The notes beneath the pieces were generated by a model. That model was not told where the DNA came from, did no database searches, and worked only from the letters and a program-made list of their open reading frames with translations. Made by a program: the position numbers and the translations under genes. Below, piece by piece: positions 28,788-32,000 of a stretch of 32,000 nucleotides of DNA (positions are counted from its first letter, which is position 1; each line of letters starts with the position of its first letter). The stretch is from the NCBI RefSeq assembly GCF_008000775.2, contig NZ_CP042905.2, positions 1,860,001 through 1,892,000 on the forward strand. The letters are read 5' to 3'. The stretch comes from Promethearchaeum syntrophicum. GTDB taxonomy: Archaea > Asgardarchaeota > Lokiarchaeia > Sigyniarchaeales > Promethearchaeaceae.

Positions 28788-28904
28788 ATTATTGTTAACA
28801 ATAATCAATAAACCAAAATAAACCCCGACTTAAATTTCAAAACTCTGAAAAAAATAATTATTGTTAACTTTAATTCCTTCAAAACAATTAATGTTAACAA
28901 TAAT
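28788..28904. promoter_or_regulatory. Three operator-like 18-bp sites upstream of the RHH gene
   Basis: 28788-28805 ATTATTGTTAACAATAAT (perfect palindrome), 28857-28874 ATTATTGTTAACTTTAAT (16/18), 28887-28904 ATTAATGTTAACAATAAT (17/18). Confidence 0.65.
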
Positions 28905-29065
28905 TCACTCAAAACACCCCCAAAATTTAGTACATTCCCTTGTAATCCATATAATGAAAATTATTAGTCTCCAAACATATATTTATTTGTTTTAATGGTT
29001 TCAAAATATGCAACAATTAGAAAAGTTTAATAAAAAATAGAAAAAAAGCAGGTAAAAAAGCAAGT

Positions 29066-30427
29066 TTAAAGTGTGCTTATGAATTTATTATACATTTCAG
29101 ACATTTGATTCATAGTTTCAAGCATTTCTGCTTTCATTTTTGCATACTCTTCTTTATTTTGGAGGTTTTCTGCTTTTATTTTAGCATTTTCTTCCTTATT
29201 CTCAGCATTTTCCTTTAAAATAATCTCATTCATTTTTTCTAATGAGGCAATCTTCTTAGCTTGGCTTGAAATAGTTTCATTAATACGTTCCATCTTAATA
29301 TTGGCTTCTTTGATATATTCACTTCGCCCTAAGATTAAAATTTTGGATTCAATATTCTCTTTATACCATTTCACAAACGATTCTTGCTCATGAGAAATTT
29401 GCTGATAAGCTCCAACTAACACTGCTGAATGTCCCATTGTGAGTTTAAACAGACCACTACTTTGAGTATCCAAATCTTTCGAGCCATTAGATTCATAATA
29501 CCTTCTTAAACTCTTTGGAGTAATATTTTTTAAATTTAAAACTTTGCAAGTTTCGAGTAATTGATCGTAAAAGAGGGTTCGTTTCATTTGTGAATAATTT
29601 TTTCCATATTTCTTATCTACCACAAACAACCATGAATTATCAGTTATTTTCTCACCTTTTCTCTCACGATCTTTAATATAGGTATGTAGAGAATCACAAG
29701 CTTCTGAACTAAAACAAGTTTGAAAAGGAAACTGAGTTTTTTGCCGATTACCTTCAATATAACAAATATTAAATTCTTTGAAATATCCCCTATTAAAATC
29801 TCTCATTTTCAAATTAAACAAATCTACATCATCTAAGCCTGAGCTAATTTTGCATAATAAGATTGTTTTATTCTTAACTGATTTTAATTGATTATAGATT
29901 TTTTTTAACCAATCTTTTCTCATTTCTGTTGAAATACGTGCATTATCATCGCCATTTCTCCACGTTTTTTCCCTTTTATTTTTTCGATCTTGAATTGCCT
30001 CTGATTTATTAAAAGTAACTGGTACACCATTTCTTTTATAAAAACTCGCAATTTTAGAGAATACATATTGTTTTGAGGCATTCCAACTCACTGTTTTAGG
30101 AATTACCTTATCATTAATGGTGTTTTTGTCGTTTTCACCCACTAAATAATAAAAAAATCCAAACATTTGTTTTTTAGTAATATCCGTTCGATTTATCGGC
30201 TCTGTTATTAAATCTGCATGGTGTTCGTTTATAAGAATTTCAGGTGTTTTCTCAAGAAAATCGCAATATTTCTTAAATACACCTACTCGTAATCGCTGAT
30301 CTTTTACTCCATCTAACCATTTGATGATATATTTATCTTTCATATATTTTTCAAGATCGATTCGTTTCTTGACAAAATTTTCATGAGCAATTTTTTTATC
30401 TTGTGCAGTTTCGTATTTTTTCCCCAT
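29066..30427 (-). CDS. Tyrosine-recombinase-like integrase
   Basis: 453 aa; SSGLDDVDLFNLKMRDF, TPKSLRRYYESNG, MGHSAVLVGAYQQI match catalytic-domain boxes (R-I region, H/R box, H...Y box); followed by C-terminal coiled coil. Confidence 0.75.
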   Translation of the reverse strand: MGKKYETAQDKKIAHENFVKKRIDLEKYMKDKYIIKWLDGVKDQRLRVGVFKKYCDFLEKTPEILINEHHADLITEPINRTDITKKQMFGFFYYLVGENDKNTINDKVIPKTVSWNASKQYVFSKIASFYKRNGVPVTFNKSEAIQDRKNKREKTWRNGDDNARISTEMRKDWLKKIYNQLKSVKNKTILLCKISSGLDDVDLFNLKMRDFNRGYFKEFNICYIEGNRQKTQFPFQTCFSSEACDSLHTYIKDRERKGEKITDNSWLFVVDKKYGKNYSQMKRTLFYDQLLETCKVLNLKNITPKSLRRYYESNGSKDLDTQSSGLFKLTMGHSAVLVGAYQQISHEQESFVKWYKENIESKILILGRSEYIKEANIKMERINETISSQAKKIASLEKMNEIILKENAENKEENAKIKAENLQNKEEYAKMKAEMLETMNQMSEMYNKFISTL

Positions 30428-30487
30428 AATTATACTATAAAATTGTAAGTTTATAAAATTTACGGGAATTTAAGGCTTTTCTATAAT

Positions 30488-30511
30488 AACATTTTGCTTT
30501 AACAAAATGTT
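30488..30511. repeat. 9-bp perfect inverted repeat between integrase and kinase genes
   Basis: AACATTTTG-CTTTAA-CAAAATGTT. Confidence 0.6.
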
Positions 30512-30592
30512 GAAATTATTATAATATTCATTCCAGTTAATCCGAAAAATTTTTAGTTAGACAATTAAATGATCTATCTATTGGGGAATTAG

Positions 30593-31633
30593 ATGGCACT
30601 GAAAAAAATCGTATGTATAGGTGATGTTTTTTTAGATATAATTCCGTCCGTCTTTCCGATTGTAAAAGATGAAATTCTATCAGATGGAGAAACTTTTGTA
30701 GATTCCGTCACTTTTCAAAAAGGAGGATGTGGGGGCAATTTTTCTTGCGTTTTGAAGTCCGTTATGCCTATGGCTGAAGTTTCTTTAGTGTCGCGTGTTG
30801 GGAAACTACCCTATAGTGATTTTTTAATCTCAGAAATTAAAAAATTTGGAGTTATCCCAATTTTTCAAATCGATTATGAGGAAAGAACCCAAGTGTCAAT
30901 AGGAGTCTCATATATTGATGGACAAAGACATTTTCTTACATTTTTAGGAGGTTTGAAGAATTTTACAATAAATGATATTCCAGAAGAAATCTTTACAGAT
31001 TTACATCATCTAGCTTTTCGCGGAATATGGTTTGCTGAAAAATTACTACTAAAATCTGAGCTTTTCATAAAAAAAGCAAACACATTGGGTGTTGACATAT
31101 CCATAGACTTAGGATTTGACCCTTATTGGAATTTCCACAAACAAGAGTTTTCATCCCAACAAAATATGGAAAAAAGACGTTTAGCTGTCATTGAAACGTT
31201 GAAATATGTAAAATTTATATTTGGAAATGAAATTGAATTCATGCAATTAACCAATACTAAATCATTAGAAGAAGCCATTAATGAAATTATTAATAGAGGG
31301 GTTAAAAACATCATTGTACATCGCGGAAATAAAGGGTGTCGGATAATTCAAACTTCAAGAATGAATCCAACCAAAGCTGAGTTTTCAGTAGATATTCCCG
31401 CATTAGATGTAGAAGTTAAAAATCCAATAGGATCTGGTGATACTTTCGATAGCATATTTTTAACTGAAGTAATGGAAGGAAAAACCTTGATTCAAGCAGC
31501 AGCCATAGCAACTGCAGGAGCTGCCTATTCTTTGTCAAACCCCGCGGGAACAATTATCACGATAGATAAAATTAGGAAATTTAGCTCACAATTTCCAGTA
31601 TTAACCCCATTTCTTAACTACTTCAAAATCTAG
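30593..31633 (+). CDS. PfkB/ribokinase family carbohydrate kinase
   Basis: 346 aa; GGCGGNFSCVL near the N-terminus and C-terminal NPIGSGDTFDSIFLTEVMEG (usually GAGD). Confidence 0.88.
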   Translation: MALKKIVCIGDVFLDIIPSVFPIVKDEILSDGETFVDSVTFQKGGCGGNFSCVLKSVMPMAEVSLVSRVGKLPYSDFLISEIKKFGVIPIFQIDYEERTQVSIGVSYIDGQRHFLTFLGGLKNFTINDIPEEIFTDLHHLAFRGIWFAEKLLLKSELFIKKANTLGVDISIDLGFDPYWNFHKQEFSSQQNMEKRRLAVIETLKYVKFIFGNEIEFMQLTNTKSLEEAINEIINRGVKNIIVHRGNKGCRIIQTSRMNPTKAEFSVDIPALDVEVKNPIGSGDTFDSIFLTEVMEGKTLIQAAAIATAGAAYSLSNPAGTIITIDKIRKFSSQFPVLTPFLNYFKI

Positions 31634-31763
31634 TCGTTTGCTCTCTTGAGAAATTGTTCTTTTTGTTTTAAATCTTGCTTTTTCAATAAATCAACCCTAA
31701 AAATGGTTATATATTCTAATCTTTTCTAAAGCTTTTTAAACCGAACGAGAAATTGTTTTAATA

Positions 31764-32000
31764 ATGGTAATAATGGAATCCGAAAACAGAATTCTTGATT
31801 GTCATATACACTACGCTTTACCCGTTAATCCACAAGAATTATTTGGCATTTTGGAATATACTAAAACAGACATGGCCAATTTGGTGATCGTTCCCGACGC
31901 TCAACGTATTTCATCCGTTCCCGATGCTTTAATGGTGAAATATCTAAATCCAATGAAGATTTTTGTGTTTGGAAGCCTTGACGTTTCACAATATTTTATC
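31764..32000 (+). CDS. Amidohydrolase-like metal-dependent hydrolase, 5' part only
   Basis: Open to the window end: MVIMESENRILDCHIHYALPVNPQELFGILEYTKTDMANLVIVPDAQRISSVPDALMVKYLNPMKIFVFGSLDVSQYFI; DxHxH motif near the N-terminus. Confidence 0.6.
   Translation, partial: MVIMESENRILDCHIHYALPVNPQELFGILEYTKTDMANLVIVPDAQRISSVPDALMVKYLNPMKIFVFGSLDVSQYFI

Larger units (their letters stand above)
15501..30427. mobile_element. Probable integrated plasmid- or virus-like element (boundaries not resolved)
   Basis: Contiguous block of minus-strand small unknown genes with RHH proteins, primase-helicase and terminal integrase, flanked by cellular-type genes (ABC operon, PfkB kinase). No att duplication identified by eye. 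Confidence 0.65.

Noticed and set aside
15467-30515. Possible att pair: TTTTGCTATGGTAAAATGCGTTAAAATT (about 15470) versus TTTTGCTTTAACAAAATGTTGAAATT (about 30492)
   Set aside because: Similarity is gapped and dominated by A/T; not better than expected by chance in this composition.
1-32000. CRISPR array, tRNA or rRNA genes
   Set aside because: No regularly spaced repeat array with unique spacers and no recognisable tRNA or rRNA signature was seen by eye; a tRNAscan/Infernal run would be needed to be certain.

Overview
The window is AT-rich archaeal DNA, probably Asgard/Lokiarchaeota-like by gene content (inference, not tested). It falls into three parts. (1) Chromosomal-looking genes, about 1-14.1 kb: a winged-helix regulator, a large secreted Ca-binding-repeat protein, a TumE-like toxin/antitoxin-like pair, a minus-strand hdrA-mvhD pair, and an exported-protein / 10-TM FtsX-like permease / double-ATPase ABC operon. 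(2) A probable integrated element, about 15.5-30.5 kb, almost all on the minus strand: tyrosine-recombinase-like integrase, ribbon-helix-helix proteins, a 1254-aa primase-helicase, a cluster of overlapping small unknown genes, and a 2.3-kb mostly non-coding region. That region has 21-bp-spaced iterons, nine GTAACC/GGTTAC boxes and several hairpins, which makes it a candidate replication origin or control region. (3) Chromosomal flank: a PfkB-family kinase and the start of an amidohydrolase-like gene. The strongest finding is that the ORF track splits hdrA and mvhD at in-frame UGA codons. Read through, they give one 661-aa HdrA with 3 UGAs and one 165-aa MvhD with 2 UGAs, each at or near a position expected to be Cys, so both are multi-selenocysteine selenoproteins. 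A structured element follows the mvhD stop by 11 nt and has a near-identical core copy about 0.9 kb further downstream. It is a candidate SECIS. No CRISPR, rRNA or tRNA was recognised.
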